The notes beneath the pieces are model-generated. The model saw only the letters and a list, made by a program, of their open reading frames with translations. It made no database searches and was not told the DNA's origin. The position numbers were made by a program, and so were the translations under genes. This document shows positions 9,901 through 18,247 of a stretch of 64,000 nucleotides of DNA, piece after piece. The stretch is taken from IMG/VR virus record IMGVR_UViG_3300021400_000063; one strand, 5' to 3'. This stretch comes from a virus. Lineage: Duplodnaviria > Caudoviricetes. The stretch's first letter is position 1, and every line of letters begins with the position of its first letter.

Positions 9901-12307
9901 TGCTGTATATTTTGGTTTAAATGATATGGATACTAATAAAAACTCTATTTCAGAGACATTATATGTATACGATCAAACTAATAACAGAATAATAGGTGTA
10001 TCTGGTTTTACTGATAATCCTAAAGATTATTCATTTAAAATAGATGTATCACACAAATTATTAATTATAGCATCTAAAAAGAATAAAGGATGTTATTATA
10101 CAACATTAAATACTACGACATGTTCTAGATTATCTAGTACAGGAAGTAATCATTATTTTGTAAAATTGGAAGATAATTCTTTACTTGTTTGTCCAAAGGA
10201 TTCAAAATCTGGAATAGGTTATTTTGATATCAGTGGTAATTATGTTAATACTTGTGATTTACCAGATAATGTTTCTGCTATAACTAGAGTTAAACCGGTT
10301 GTAACTGAAACAATTGTTAATGTTCAATCATCATCAACAGATTCTTCACAATCATCTTCTAGTAGTGGAGAGTCAAGTCAACCTATAATAACTTCTACAC
10401 CTATGAATATTTATGGTGCTTTAATTAGTACTAATATTGGAGTTATTCATTTATTGGCTCTAGCACAAGTAGATACAACCACAGGTGAAACTACAGGTTC
10501 TAAAACATTATCAATGGGTAAGACTTATTCATTTGTAAGTGGAAATAGTCCATGTTATGTTTATAATAACATGAAAGTTATAGGTGTTAAAGATAATTCT
10601 AAGTTTATATGTAAAACTATAGAAGCTAAAGAACCAATGACTATTACATCTACAAGTGTTTTATTATCAAGTGAATTGTTTAAATTTGGTAATGAAATAG
10701 AAATTTTTAATCCATCATATCCTTCAGAAACTTATAATGTAGATTATATGTGTGATACTGATGATGGAATTTATACAATCTTAACTAGAACTGATTCAGA
10801 TACTAAAGAATTATATTTTATTCCTTATAAAAATGATACTGAAATAATGTATTTGATTCGTTCAGAAATAGCCAATACTGTTACTAATGTGGATGTAATA
10901 GATACTATTAATATTTCATCTTCTAAAAAACCAGTAATCATAATTTATCCAAATAAATCATTAGATTTCATTTCTATCACAACAACATCTTCTTCTATAA
11001 GTCCTTCAATAGTTGATTCTTATTTTAAAGATATAGATGATGAAATACCTTCTGATGATACATTGATTGTAAAACAAAGCGATTATGATTGGGAAAATAT
11101 ATCTGTTCCAAATGATAATAACATTTATATTCAAAATAAAAATTATGGTGTTATTTTATTTAAGAATGGTGTATCGATTCATAAATTAATGAATTATTCT
11201 AATTTAACAACTGGTGATATTACTAAAGCTGATTTATTATTTGATTATCAAATAGTTAAAGCTAAAAGTATTACATTATTTGCAAATAAATCTTCTGGAA
11301 GCAAATATGTTAAAAATGGATATGGATTATTTAAATCTGTAAATGATGGTGTAAATTATCAATATGCCGATACTTCATCATATCATGATGGTGATATTGG
11401 AAGCATGGCTTATGATAAACATCACAATTGTATCTATTTTGGAACTTATCGTGATAAAACAATTTTTAATTATGATTTCCTAGCAACAATTGCTGCTTTT
11501 GATATAGATGCTTATATATCTCAATTATCATATTATGAACTTAGTAAACTAGCTAAAAATCTAATGGAATCTTCATCAACAACAATTAATGAAGGAATTC
11601 TTGATTTATTATCTAGTAAAAATGAAGATTTATCTTTTACTTATACAATTGATGAATTATTAACTGATGTAATCGATTTATCTCTAAATACTCAAGAAAG
11701 CTGTCAAACATCATTGATGAGTTCTACATTATTTACAGAGTTAACTAATTATAAAACTGCTACTGAATTATTTGATGATGTTACAAGTGACAATTTTAAT
11801 GATGATATGACAAAAGATTTTATCACTAGTTATCCTGGAGAAATATCTATTGAAAATGAATTATTTCCTACAGATGTAGAAGATTTTTCAATAGGAGATA
11901 TTGATGATATCGATAATGATGGTGATATAGATCAAGATGATTTAAATTGGTATCAAGCATTATTAAATGGTGGAGAAATCGATACAAAACTATCATTAAA
12001 CGATTGGTTTAATAATTTAGCTAATGGTGTATATGGTAATGGAATGGGTAGTGTTCTATCATTAAGATTAACATATGATAAACGAATAAAATATTTTGCC
12101 ACATTACGAGCTAATAAATCACATTTCTTAATAAGTGGTAAATCATTATCTTCTGATGAAGTTGATTCTGATGTAGAAGGTCCTAATTCTATTATCGACC
12201 CTGCAACAGATCCAGAATCTCCAGAATATAAATGGTATCATAATACCGATTTTGCTTCTAAAGATTTTGAAAATTCTGATGAAAATGGTGAATTCTCTTG
12301 GCAATAA
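6902..12307 (+). CDS. Large probable virion structural protein (tail/baseplate-associated)
   Basis: About 1800 aa; start moved to ATG 6902 behind GGAG; late-type promoter; helical N-half, beta/Ser/Thr-rich C-half, acidic Ca-loop-like motif near the end. Confidence 0.6.
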   Translation: MGINTNSFENYKNTVEASEKGGFLSKLKGFGLDSLGGLDSFMGKDIINANKLLKSFKGFNLSDILSNLGGFFQNLALSALDMLKDMGMDALRQLQNASINFASNLVEDLYNNVRSMMYIPDNAFALTLQGLYEAGADLAYNDHYIRSSALQRDWTISLKFIDDQYGIDYNIRDYKDLEKDLAICAEHSCVNNLYYIFRKIYDQLNDVRSDIVVSETSLKPYSNTIKGFKLVSYDEIPNCDNLYVQIGEEKTKINKDTEQGINFIQNHKDMDYYTETIIDYEGIANGLYLGYNYETIETKNDVEAKYNAYLENVKLVKNIERLMLVYFKSLIVHSYTYLNASSVQKFFSDFDTVLLPKYYGKTDDKYNGTYAFTQNDCLIMMPDYKGNDVTKSDMYTQELLTQKNNEYIAVSGARSEASKAAMEALEAKNAAKTTTASAAEAGTTGAIAKIKAFRANAMEAVAKNQNVSYTANIKNGISKTLQNNSNSLWNRSGSGINAKQDSKRISSMYDRDVVKKYELVGSLSDALDEIDFLNKDTEYIVLRNKNIKQIYALLANPTIYGNNRMVNDYFYKRCQIKTMNTLNQSLAKAGSILGSSYAVQALFDLENAVDSSAYVYLKKVENYLLNPKEHSYYGMDTMFSSGNNMWTQFGDYFKQAYSWDDSISDDPELESIIEKLSEVSNTTSDTSSKTSVSEIDPIKDLTSENGANGETYAEILNQLDSENTAKLYVDNVVRFMSEISMLDLRDMLVKYLTAFYKYMKARDYEPDTYFETLIKSMSGIDGITHYDDLNSKVFSKSTHKTLLANGKFLVSIYALKNSYKYFLENEKDTNKEELTKIYNLVFAMGSADIQMSGTITGLYKFDKEQLNSLVKRNFFTSIDHLKSINDKTKPLIKTAPRYKDNLTKSFNYKFDLRGISGYSLDNDRILYVPENSTGDWNSIGVSNDKEIGSFFCKSNINGDGNGIYRRTYEGTTLNRIDVVSNSGTKITDREFFVITFDDHGAVYFGLNDMDTNKNSISETLYVYDQTNNRIIGVSGFTDNPKDYSFKIDVSHKLLIIASKKNKGCYYTTLNTTTCSRLSSTGSNHYFVKLEDNSLLVCPKDSKSGIGYFDISGNYVNTCDLPDNVSAITRVKPVVTETIVNVQSSSTDSSQSSSSSGESSQPIITSTPMNIYGALISTNIGVIHLLALAQVDTTTGETTGSKTLSMGKTYSFVSGNSPCYVYNNMKVIGVKDNSKFICKTIEAKEPMTITSTSVLLSSELFKFGNEIEIFNPSYPSETYNVDYMCDTDDGIYTILTRTDSDTKELYFIPYKNDTEIMYLIRSEIANTVTNVDVIDTINISSSKKPVIIIYPNKSLDFISITTTSSSISPSIVDSYFKDIDDEIPSDDTLIVKQSDYDWENISVPNDNNIYIQNKNYGVILFKNGVSIHKLMNYSNLTTGDITKADLLFDYQIVKAKSITLFANKSSGSKYVKNGYGLFKSVNDGVNYQYADTSSYHDGDIGSMAYDKHHNCIYFGTYRDKTIFNYDFLATIAAFDIDAYISQLSYYELSKLAKNLMESSSTTINEGILDLLSSKNEDLSFTYTIDELLTDVIDLSLNTQESCQTSLMSSTLFTELTNYKTATELFDDVTSDNFNDDMTKDFITSYPGEISIENELFPTDVEDFSIGDIDDIDNDGDIDQDDLNWYQALLNGGEIDTKLSLNDWFNNLANGVYGNGMGSVLSLRLTYDKRIKYFATLRANKSHFLISGKSLSSDEVDSDVEGPNSIIDPATDPESPEYKWYHNTDFASKDFENSDENGEFSWQ

Positions 12308-12312
12308 ATATT

Positions 12313-12340
12313 AAAGATGGAGCATAAAGCTCCATCTTTT
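12313..12340. terminator. Bidirectional terminator between convergent genes
   Basis: AAAGATGGAGC-ATAAA-GCTCCATCTTTT. Confidence 0.8.
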
Positions 12341-12343
12341 ATT

Positions 12344-13180
12344 TTATTCAGGTTTAATAATAGATTTGAAAATTTCGATATCTTCATCATAGAATGTATT
12401 ATTAATAGTAATATTCATTCTAGAATGTTCAGCAATTTTAACAAATTCTTCCATAGCAGCTTTATTTGTGAAGAAATACATCTTATTAGGAACTTTAGGA
12501 TCGTTAACATTTATTGTTGGATCATCATGACGTCCAACTATATCTTTAATAAGAGACATATAAATTCCGCAGAGAATGATATATTTATTGAATGCTGCAC
12601 CGTTATAATTAAAATCATATTCATTGATTTTATTATTTTTCATAAACATACAGAAATGATTTATAGCCATTCTGTATTCACCAGAACTTATAGTAGAATT
12701 TAAAGATGCTATTTCATCAGTCAATAAAGATAACATTTTATCTTCTGAAATAGTATTAGTTTTTGTTTTATTCAAGAATGGACAATCCTCTTTATCAAAA
12801 GAACCAAAGTTTACACCTGAGATCTGATCGATTTTAATTAAAAATGTTGAGACACCATCTATAAAATTTGGTTTATTGTTATTTTGTGTAACATATAATG
12901 CACCATTATTGTTATATGCATAGAAATAGATGAAATCATCGCCTATGAATTTAGCTTTAGCTACGAATATTGGTTGATTAAAACCGTTAACATATACTGA
13001 ATACATTAATCGTTTATTTCTTGGTTTATTACCATTAAAATCTTCAATAGCATGTAACAAATCCATAATTGTATTGTTACCATCCATAAATTGAGCTGTT
13101 AATTCTGGATCATAAAGACTGAAAGATCGATCTTTCGGATCAATAATATCTGCTGATGTTATATAAAAATTTTGTATCAT
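12344..13180 (-). CDS. Hypothetical protein
   Basis: 278 aa, AAGGAG RBS and late-type promoter on the minus strand. Confidence 0.85.
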   Translation of the reverse strand: MIQNFYITSADIIDPKDRSFSLYDPELTAQFMDGNNTIMDLLHAIEDFNGNKPRNKRLMYSVYVNGFNQPIFVAKAKFIGDDFIYFYAYNNNGALYVTQNNNKPNFIDGVSTFLIKIDQISGVNFGSFDKEDCPFLNKTKTNTISEDKMLSLLTDEIASLNSTISSGEYRMAINHFCMFMKNNKINEYDFNYNGAAFNKYIILCGIYMSLIKDIVGRHDDPTINVNDPKVPNKMYFFTNKAAMEEFVKIAEHSRMNITINNTFYDEDIEIFKSIIKPE

Positions 13181-13211
13181 AGGAAATAACTCCTTAATTT
13201 AGTTTAGATTT

Positions 13212-13224
13212 TATATTAATATGT
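13212..13224 (-). promoter_or_regulatory. Late-type promoter, leftward member of a divergent pair
   Basis: Reverse complement reads ACATATTAATATA. Confidence 0.65.
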
Positions 13225-13233
13225 CGACCTATG

Positions 13234-13246
13234 ACAAATTAATATA
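13234..13246 (+). promoter_or_regulatory. Late-type promoter, rightward member of a divergent pair
   Basis: ACAAATTAATATA. Confidence 0.65.
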
Positions 13247-13270
13247 TTCTTTATAAGAAAGGAGTAAATT

Positions 13271-13726
13271 GTGAATGAAAAAACTATTAAAAAGATTATT
13301 ATTTGTATTATTGTTGGTTTTATTTGTGCTTGCACCTTGCTTGGCACAGGAATCGGAATTGGATACAGAATTGCAACAAAATCATCAGATGGAAGAGCTT
13401 CAGAAACCATTGGAGACCTTAAATCTGACATTTCCACTCTTAAATCTGAAAAAGAACGACTTACAGACGAACGAGATAAACTTATTTCCGAACTTGCAGT
13501 TTCCAACGGTAAACTCGAATCCATTGCAACCGAACTCAAACGATGTAGTGAAGACTATGCTCAACAATCAGCTGAATACAGTAAACGAATTGAGGGAGCT
13601 AACCTTGACGTACTCGAATACAATAGAATCTACGTTGAAGGAGTCCTTGGAATCTGCGACACAATGGAAAGAACAATCAATACTATTGCAGCAACATGTG
13701 GATACGATAACACAGAAATTAAATGA
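13271..13726 (+). CDS. N-terminal TM plus coiled-coil protein (i-spanin/Rz-like candidate), overlapping the next gene
   Basis: GTG 6 nt after AAGGAG; basic N-terminus, TM helix IIICIIVGFICACTLLGTGIGIGY, heptad coiled coil, distal Cys residues. Confidence 0.65.
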   Translation: MNEKTIKKIIICIIVGFICACTLLGTGIGIGYRIATKSSDGRASETIGDLKSDISTLKSEKERLTDERDKLISELAVSNGKLESIATELKRCSEDYAQQSAEYSKRIEGANLDVLEYNRIYVEGVLGICDTMERTINTIAATCGYDNTEIK

Positions 13727-14042
13727 AGTAGTTGAAGAAAATAAGCAGATTGAAGCTGCTTTAATTTCTAATAACGAAGATGAACATAATACTAATTTAT
13801 TATTTGGTGAGGCTTTAGAGAGAGCTGAATTAGCAGAAAAACAAGTAGTTAAATTAGAACGAGCATTCGACAATGCTATAATAGGTTTTAGTATTGGTGG
13901 TACTGGAATTGGTGTTGGTACAGGAATTATGACTGCTGGAATAGTTAATGGTGAAGTAGATAAAATAATAACTGGTGCAGGTATCGATTTAGCATCAGTT
14001 GGATTCTGGTTAATAGGCCATTATGTATTTAAAATTTTCTAA
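13275..14042 (+). CDS. Exported coiled-coil protein with C-terminal Gly-rich hydrophobic hairpin (spanin-partner candidate)
   Basis: Signal peptide MKKLLKRLLFVLLLVLFVLAPCLA-QE, long coiled coil, two C-terminal hydrophobic segments. Confidence 0.7.
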   Translation: MKKLLKRLLFVLLLVLFVLAPCLAQESELDTELQQNHQMEELQKPLETLNLTFPLLNLKKNDLQTNEINLFPNLQFPTVNSNPLQPNSNDVVKTMLNNQLNTVNELRELTLTYSNTIESTLKESLESATQWKEQSILLQQHVDTITQKLNEVVEENKQIEAALISNNEDEHNTNLLFGEALERAELAEKQVVKLERAFDNAIIGFSIGGTGIGVGTGIMTAGIVNGEVDKIITGAGIDLASVGFWLIGHYVFKIF

Positions 14043-14044
14043 TA

Positions 14045-14070
14045 AAAAGGTGCGTTAAATCGCACCTTTT
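14045..14070 (+). terminator. Intrinsic terminator
   Basis: AAAAGGTGCG / CGCACCTTTT. Confidence 0.8.
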
Positions 14071-14093
14071 ATGTTTATTAAAAATAAAAATAC

Positions 14094-14102
14094 TTATATA
14101 TT
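14094..14102 (+). promoter_or_regulatory. Early-type promoter motif upstream of the tubulin gene
   Basis: TTATATATT. Confidence 0.65.
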
Positions 14103-14136
14103 TTTCACTTAATACGTATTAAGGAGGCCAACAAAT

Positions 14137-15438
14137 ATGGCAGAAGAAAATGTAAATTCAGTTGCAACTGGAAATGGAGAACCTGTAATTTCGCAGGCTA
14201 AGGCAAGACAGAAGGTAAGATTCGTAATTATTACCGAAGGTCAAGGTGGAGCTAACATTGGTATGACTCTTAAGAGTTGTTTACCAAATAATCCATACTT
14301 GATTGCCGTCAACACAAGTGATCAGGATCTTGATCAGTTGAATCTTCCTGATGCTCAGAAATTCAAAATCGGAGGTGCTAATGCTGATGGTGCTGGTAAA
14401 AACAGAAACCGTGCAAAAGCATACTTCAAAGGATATTCTGCAGATTTCCAGGGACAGAAATTCGATGCTCTTCAGACATTTGTAGCTTATTATGAAGAAG
14501 TACTGTTTCATCCTGAAGTACAGACAATCATTATCAACTGTTTCTCAGCTGATGGTGGTACTGGTTCTGGAATTGGACCTATGTTAACAACTTATCTTAC
14601 TAACTATGTTAATAAGGCTGAGAAGTTCTCATACAATGGAAAGGAATATGTTATTGATGATCTCACCAATACGGTTCCACGTCCAGTTGTAATTGGTATC
14701 GTTCCAAAATGTTCTGTATCAGCAGGTCAGCAGAATCTTCAGAATACAATTGAATGTTTCGTTGACATCCAGAATGCAATTGATAAGGGATTAGCTAACT
14801 TCTTCATCGCTGATAACAATTTACCTTCATCAGTTAAATACACAAATACTGATGAAATGTATCGTATCATCAATGCAAGAATTGCTATGCCTATTCTCAA
14901 ATTCCTTGGAATTGAAATGAACTCATCATTGAAATGTATGGATCTTCAGGATAAAGTAAACACACTTCGTATTCCTGGATGTTCAGCATTCCTTTCAATC
15001 AGCAATGAAAACAAATTCCAGTTCACAATTCCACAGGGTCAGTCTTGTAAACGTATTGTAGAAATGCTTAAGTTTACTGAAGATGGTGCAGAAGAAAAAG
15101 CTGCTAAGCAGATCCGCACAAATTATGACATTATGTCTCGTGACATCATGTCAGTATTCTTTGAACTTGATAAAATGAGTATTGATGGAGTAGATTCTAT
15201 TTCTAAAGAACTCATTGAAGAATCTATGATTGGATTCTTTGGATTCACTTCATTGAATGCTGTGGTTGAAGATCTTCGTGCAAATCTTCGTCGTTTGACA
15301 GAATCAAATGAAAAGAAAGCAGAAGTTCTTAAATCTGAATCAGTAGGTTTCTCTTCTGTAAAAGAAGATGCTGCTGCACTTCAGGATGCTTTCGGGGCAA
15401 AGACTATGTCTAATGAACAGCTTGCTGATCTGTTCTAA
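14137..15438 (+). CDS. phuZ: Tubulin/FtsZ-family GTPase (PhuZ/TubZ-like)
   Basis: GQGGANIG (T1 loop), VNTS, GADGAGKNR, SADGGTGSG (tubulin signature), DN, MDLQD (T7-like); C-terminal helical tail. Confidence 0.9.
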   Translation: MAEENVNSVATGNGEPVISQAKARQKVRFVIITEGQGGANIGMTLKSCLPNNPYLIAVNTSDQDLDQLNLPDAQKFKIGGANADGAGKNRNRAKAYFKGYSADFQGQKFDALQTFVAYYEEVLFHPEVQTIIINCFSADGGTGSGIGPMLTTYLTNYVNKAEKFSYNGKEYVIDDLTNTVPRPVVIGIVPKCSVSAGQQNLQNTIECFVDIQNAIDKGLANFFIADNNLPSSVKYTNTDEMYRIINARIAMPILKFLGIEMNSSLKCMDLQDKVNTLRIPGCSAFLSISNENKFQFTIPQGQSCKRIVEMLKFTEDGAEEKAAKQIRTNYDIMSRDIMSVFFELDKMSIDGVDSISKELIEESMIGFFGFTSLNAVVEDLRANLRRLTESNEKKAEVLKSESVGFSSVKEDAAALQDAFGAKTMSNEQLADLF

Positions 15439-15499
15439 TCCTTAAGTTATCTTAAGTACTGAAAGAGGGAACTTTAATAGTTCCCTCTTTTTTTTTCTT

Positions 15500-15539
15500 T
15501 TATATATTATTATAATGAATAGAATTTGTATGAATTCTA
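15500..15539 (+). promoter_or_regulatory. Early promoter plus conserved GTAT-loop leader hairpin (copy 1)
   Basis: TTATATATTATTATAATG followed by TAGAATTT-GTAT-GAATTCTA. Confidence 0.75.
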
Positions 15540-15562
15540 ATAACATTTAAAGGAGAAAAATT

Positions 15563-15871
15563 ATGGATGTTTTTGAAACTGTCTTAAATGATAGAAAACG
15601 AACACAAGAATTTCTTTTAAAATCTTTTTCTGAAGGAAAAATTTCTGAAGAAACATTTATTAAAATGGTTGGAGATTTTGATAGCAAATTTTATAAATTT
15701 TCAATAGCTCATGATGAGATGACTAATTATTTTAATTTAGCTAACAAATGTCTCGAAGCTTCTTCCAAACCTAAATCATTTATAGAATCTTTTAGTTCTA
15801 TAGCAGATTCATTTGTAAAAAGTGTCGATTTATTACAAGATCAACAGAATAATAAACAAACTAATACATAA
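15563..15871 (+). CDS. Small hypothetical protein in a terminator-bounded cassette
   Basis: 102 aa, AAGGAG RBS. Confidence 0.8.
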   Translation: MDVFETVLNDRKRTQEFLLKSFSEGKISEETFIKMVGDFDSKFYKFSIAHDEMTNYFNLANKCLEASSKPKSFIESFSSIADSFVKSVDLLQDQQNNKQTNT

Positions 15872-15933
15872 TTGTTTATTAGATTGGTTGTTAGAAGGGA
15901 ACTTTAATAGTTCCCTCTTTTTTTTCATCGAAA

Positions 15934-15946
15934 ACATTATTATATA
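15934..15946 (+). promoter_or_regulatory. Late-type promoter
   Basis: ACATTATTATATA. Confidence 0.65.
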
Positions 15947-15969
15947 CATTGTAAATAAGGAGTAATTTT

Positions 15970-18228
15970 ATGGCTCAGAATATAATTGATGCTACTGGTA
16001 CATCATTAGCTAATACAGCAAAATTCTTCTTTTACGTTAAAGGTTCCAAAGATTATCCTATTGATCAGGTAGTTTCTGATAAATTCGGATATGATAATAC
16101 TGGTGATGGAACATTCGCACAAACAGCTATCTTTGATACAAGTATTAAAGATATATTGATTAGAACTACTAATCCTAAACAGATTGATAATTTGTATAGC
16201 TTGTACAGCGATTCATCAAATGGTATTTCGGCCAAAAGTGAAAGAACAGGACTTAATATCCGTAATGATAGATCTCAAGAATATCTATCATCTATTATTA
16301 TTGATAATGGTAAGGTAATGTCTAATGAAGTTACCGAACCAACACGTTTTGTTGATCATATCGATCCTAACTATACAACTTTCGATGGTAAAACTTATAC
16401 ATTAGAAAATGTAAAATTATTTAAATCTGGTGGAAAAACAGAAAATAATATTTATCCTCTTGAACATATTTTTTGGCAGAAGATTTATACCATTTGTGAA
16501 TTTATTAAGAAGTATGAATCTGAAATTATCAATATGTATGTTGATAGTTCGCTTAAATATCCATCATTTATTAGAAATGCTTCAGATGAAAAACTTTCAG
16601 CTTGGTATGGTAGTTCTGAAAATGTAGCTGCCATGAAACGTGATCTCGAAGCTGAATCTGAAATCGGAAGATTTATTTCACTTTTCATTGGTAAATGTAC
16701 AGATAATAGTAAATATTTCCAAACTAAATATGAATCTGGTGAGGAAGTTATTGCTGGTGGTGCTATTAAATATAATCCTTTCCGTTGGAAGGAAATGACT
16801 GGAGACGATACTCTTCGTCATACAGATGGTGAAGCTCTCTCTATTGATGAAGAACAGGAAATGTTCTATAATTCTGAAGTTCTTAATCTTCAGTATGTTT
16901 ATGGAACTGCTAATTTTGAACCTTCATCTAAAGAAGGACGTATTAAGAAATTCTCTTTTGAAGTAAGGGCTAGTTATACAGATACTATTTCTAAGACTTG
17001 GGTAATTGTTTGTTATCTCGATCCTGATGCATTTGTTAATTCATCTAGTGTAGCACAATATGCTGTTTACACATATAATGATGAAGATATGGATGGTGTT
17101 GAAGGAGCAGCTGATGATAATTATGGAATTTATGATAACGATTATGCTAATGTTGCATCTGAATCAGCAACACTTAAAAATAATTTCGTTTCATCTCAAT
17201 CTGAATTCCAGAAAAATATAATTCAAGCTATTACAGATATTATGAAGGATGGAACTTATAAATATTATCAAGAGTTCCAGACTTTACGTGTTACACCTAC
17301 TATCGATTCTGAAAATAAAAAGAACTTAGTTTGGGATGCTGTAAATCATTCCATTATGCAGAAATTCTATATTTTCTACGGTAGTGAATCACAAGCTCCT
17401 ACATTAGCACAACAGATTGCTGCTGTAAAAGATTATATTAAGCGTCTCCATACAAGTGGTCATTGTCATCCAATGCAATATGATGATGACGGAAATATTA
17501 CTTATATTGGACATAGTGATACAGATCTTGATATGTTCTTATCTAAGATGTATCCTGAATTGTTCACTACAACAGAAGTTTATATTATTCCAACTAACAC
17601 ATTGATTAATAGTCTTGGCGACAGATTCGATCCAGATAACTATTTTGGAACTGCTAATATTGAAGATGCTCACGATCAGATTAAAAATCTTAATGGTGTA
17701 TTTAGTTTGTTCGAATACGCTTCAAACGGAAGAGCTTCTCTCGTATCTTCTGGAGAAAAACAGAAAAATCTTCCTCTTGAATTTATTCACATTGGTTCTC
17801 TTAATGGACAGGAAACTTCTGGACAAAATAGTTTGGATTTAAAATATCCAATGCCTTTGATTTGTACAGCTTTTGGTACAACAGATGCTAGGCCACTTAC
17901 AAGTCTTTCAGGTTTCGCTAATTACGAAACTAAGATTTTTAATTATAATCAATCTAATATGAACACATTCAATTATGCTGATAAGTTACAGATTGTTCTT
18001 ATTAAGCTTATGGAAGCAATGTTTACAAACGATAATAATGCAAGTTATTATTCATCAATTGCTGGTGTTAAAATTGATTACGAAATCGATAGAAATGCTG
18101 ATAGTGATTTACAAACTAGTGGTTATAAGAAAAATGTTGCTAAGTTTGTCATCAACAATGTTAACTTTACAGTTATTGCTCATAAGGGTAAAGCTTTTGC
18201 TAAATCTTTAAATTATGTAGAAGTATAA
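15970..18228 (+). CDS. Probable virion structural protein
   Basis: 752 aa, AAGGAG RBS, late-type promoter; function not recognised. Confidence 0.55.
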   Translation: MAQNIIDATGTSLANTAKFFFYVKGSKDYPIDQVVSDKFGYDNTGDGTFAQTAIFDTSIKDILIRTTNPKQIDNLYSLYSDSSNGISAKSERTGLNIRNDRSQEYLSSIIIDNGKVMSNEVTEPTRFVDHIDPNYTTFDGKTYTLENVKLFKSGGKTENNIYPLEHIFWQKIYTICEFIKKYESEIINMYVDSSLKYPSFIRNASDEKLSAWYGSSENVAAMKRDLEAESEIGRFISLFIGKCTDNSKYFQTKYESGEEVIAGGAIKYNPFRWKEMTGDDTLRHTDGEALSIDEEQEMFYNSEVLNLQYVYGTANFEPSSKEGRIKKFSFEVRASYTDTISKTWVIVCYLDPDAFVNSSSVAQYAVYTYNDEDMDGVEGAADDNYGIYDNDYANVASESATLKNNFVSSQSEFQKNIIQAITDIMKDGTYKYYQEFQTLRVTPTIDSENKKNLVWDAVNHSIMQKFYIFYGSESQAPTLAQQIAAVKDYIKRLHTSGHCHPMQYDDDGNITYIGHSDTDLDMFLSKMYPELFTTTEVYIIPTNTLINSLGDRFDPDNYFGTANIEDAHDQIKNLNGVFSLFEYASNGRASLVSSGEKQKNLPLEFIHIGSLNGQETSGQNSLDLKYPMPLICTAFGTTDARPLTSLSGFANYETKIFNYNQSNMNTFNYADKLQIVLIKLMEAMFTNDNNASYYSSIAGVKIDYEIDRNADSDLQTSGYKKNVAKFVINNVNFTVIAHKGKAFAKSLNYVEV

Positions 18229-18247
18229 TTTGTGAGGTAATTCCACT

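Larger units (their letters stand above)
15466..15925 (+). repeat. 30-nt direct repeat of a terminator (15466-15495 and 15896-15925) flanking one gene
   Basis: AGGGAACTTTAATAGTTCCCTCTTTTTTTT occurs twice, 430 nt apart. Confidence 0.9.

Noticed and set aside
13275-13350. Host assignment (e.g. spirochaete) from signal-peptide style
   Set aside because: Only an impression; the sequence supports at most a diderm host, and that depends on the spanin interpretation.
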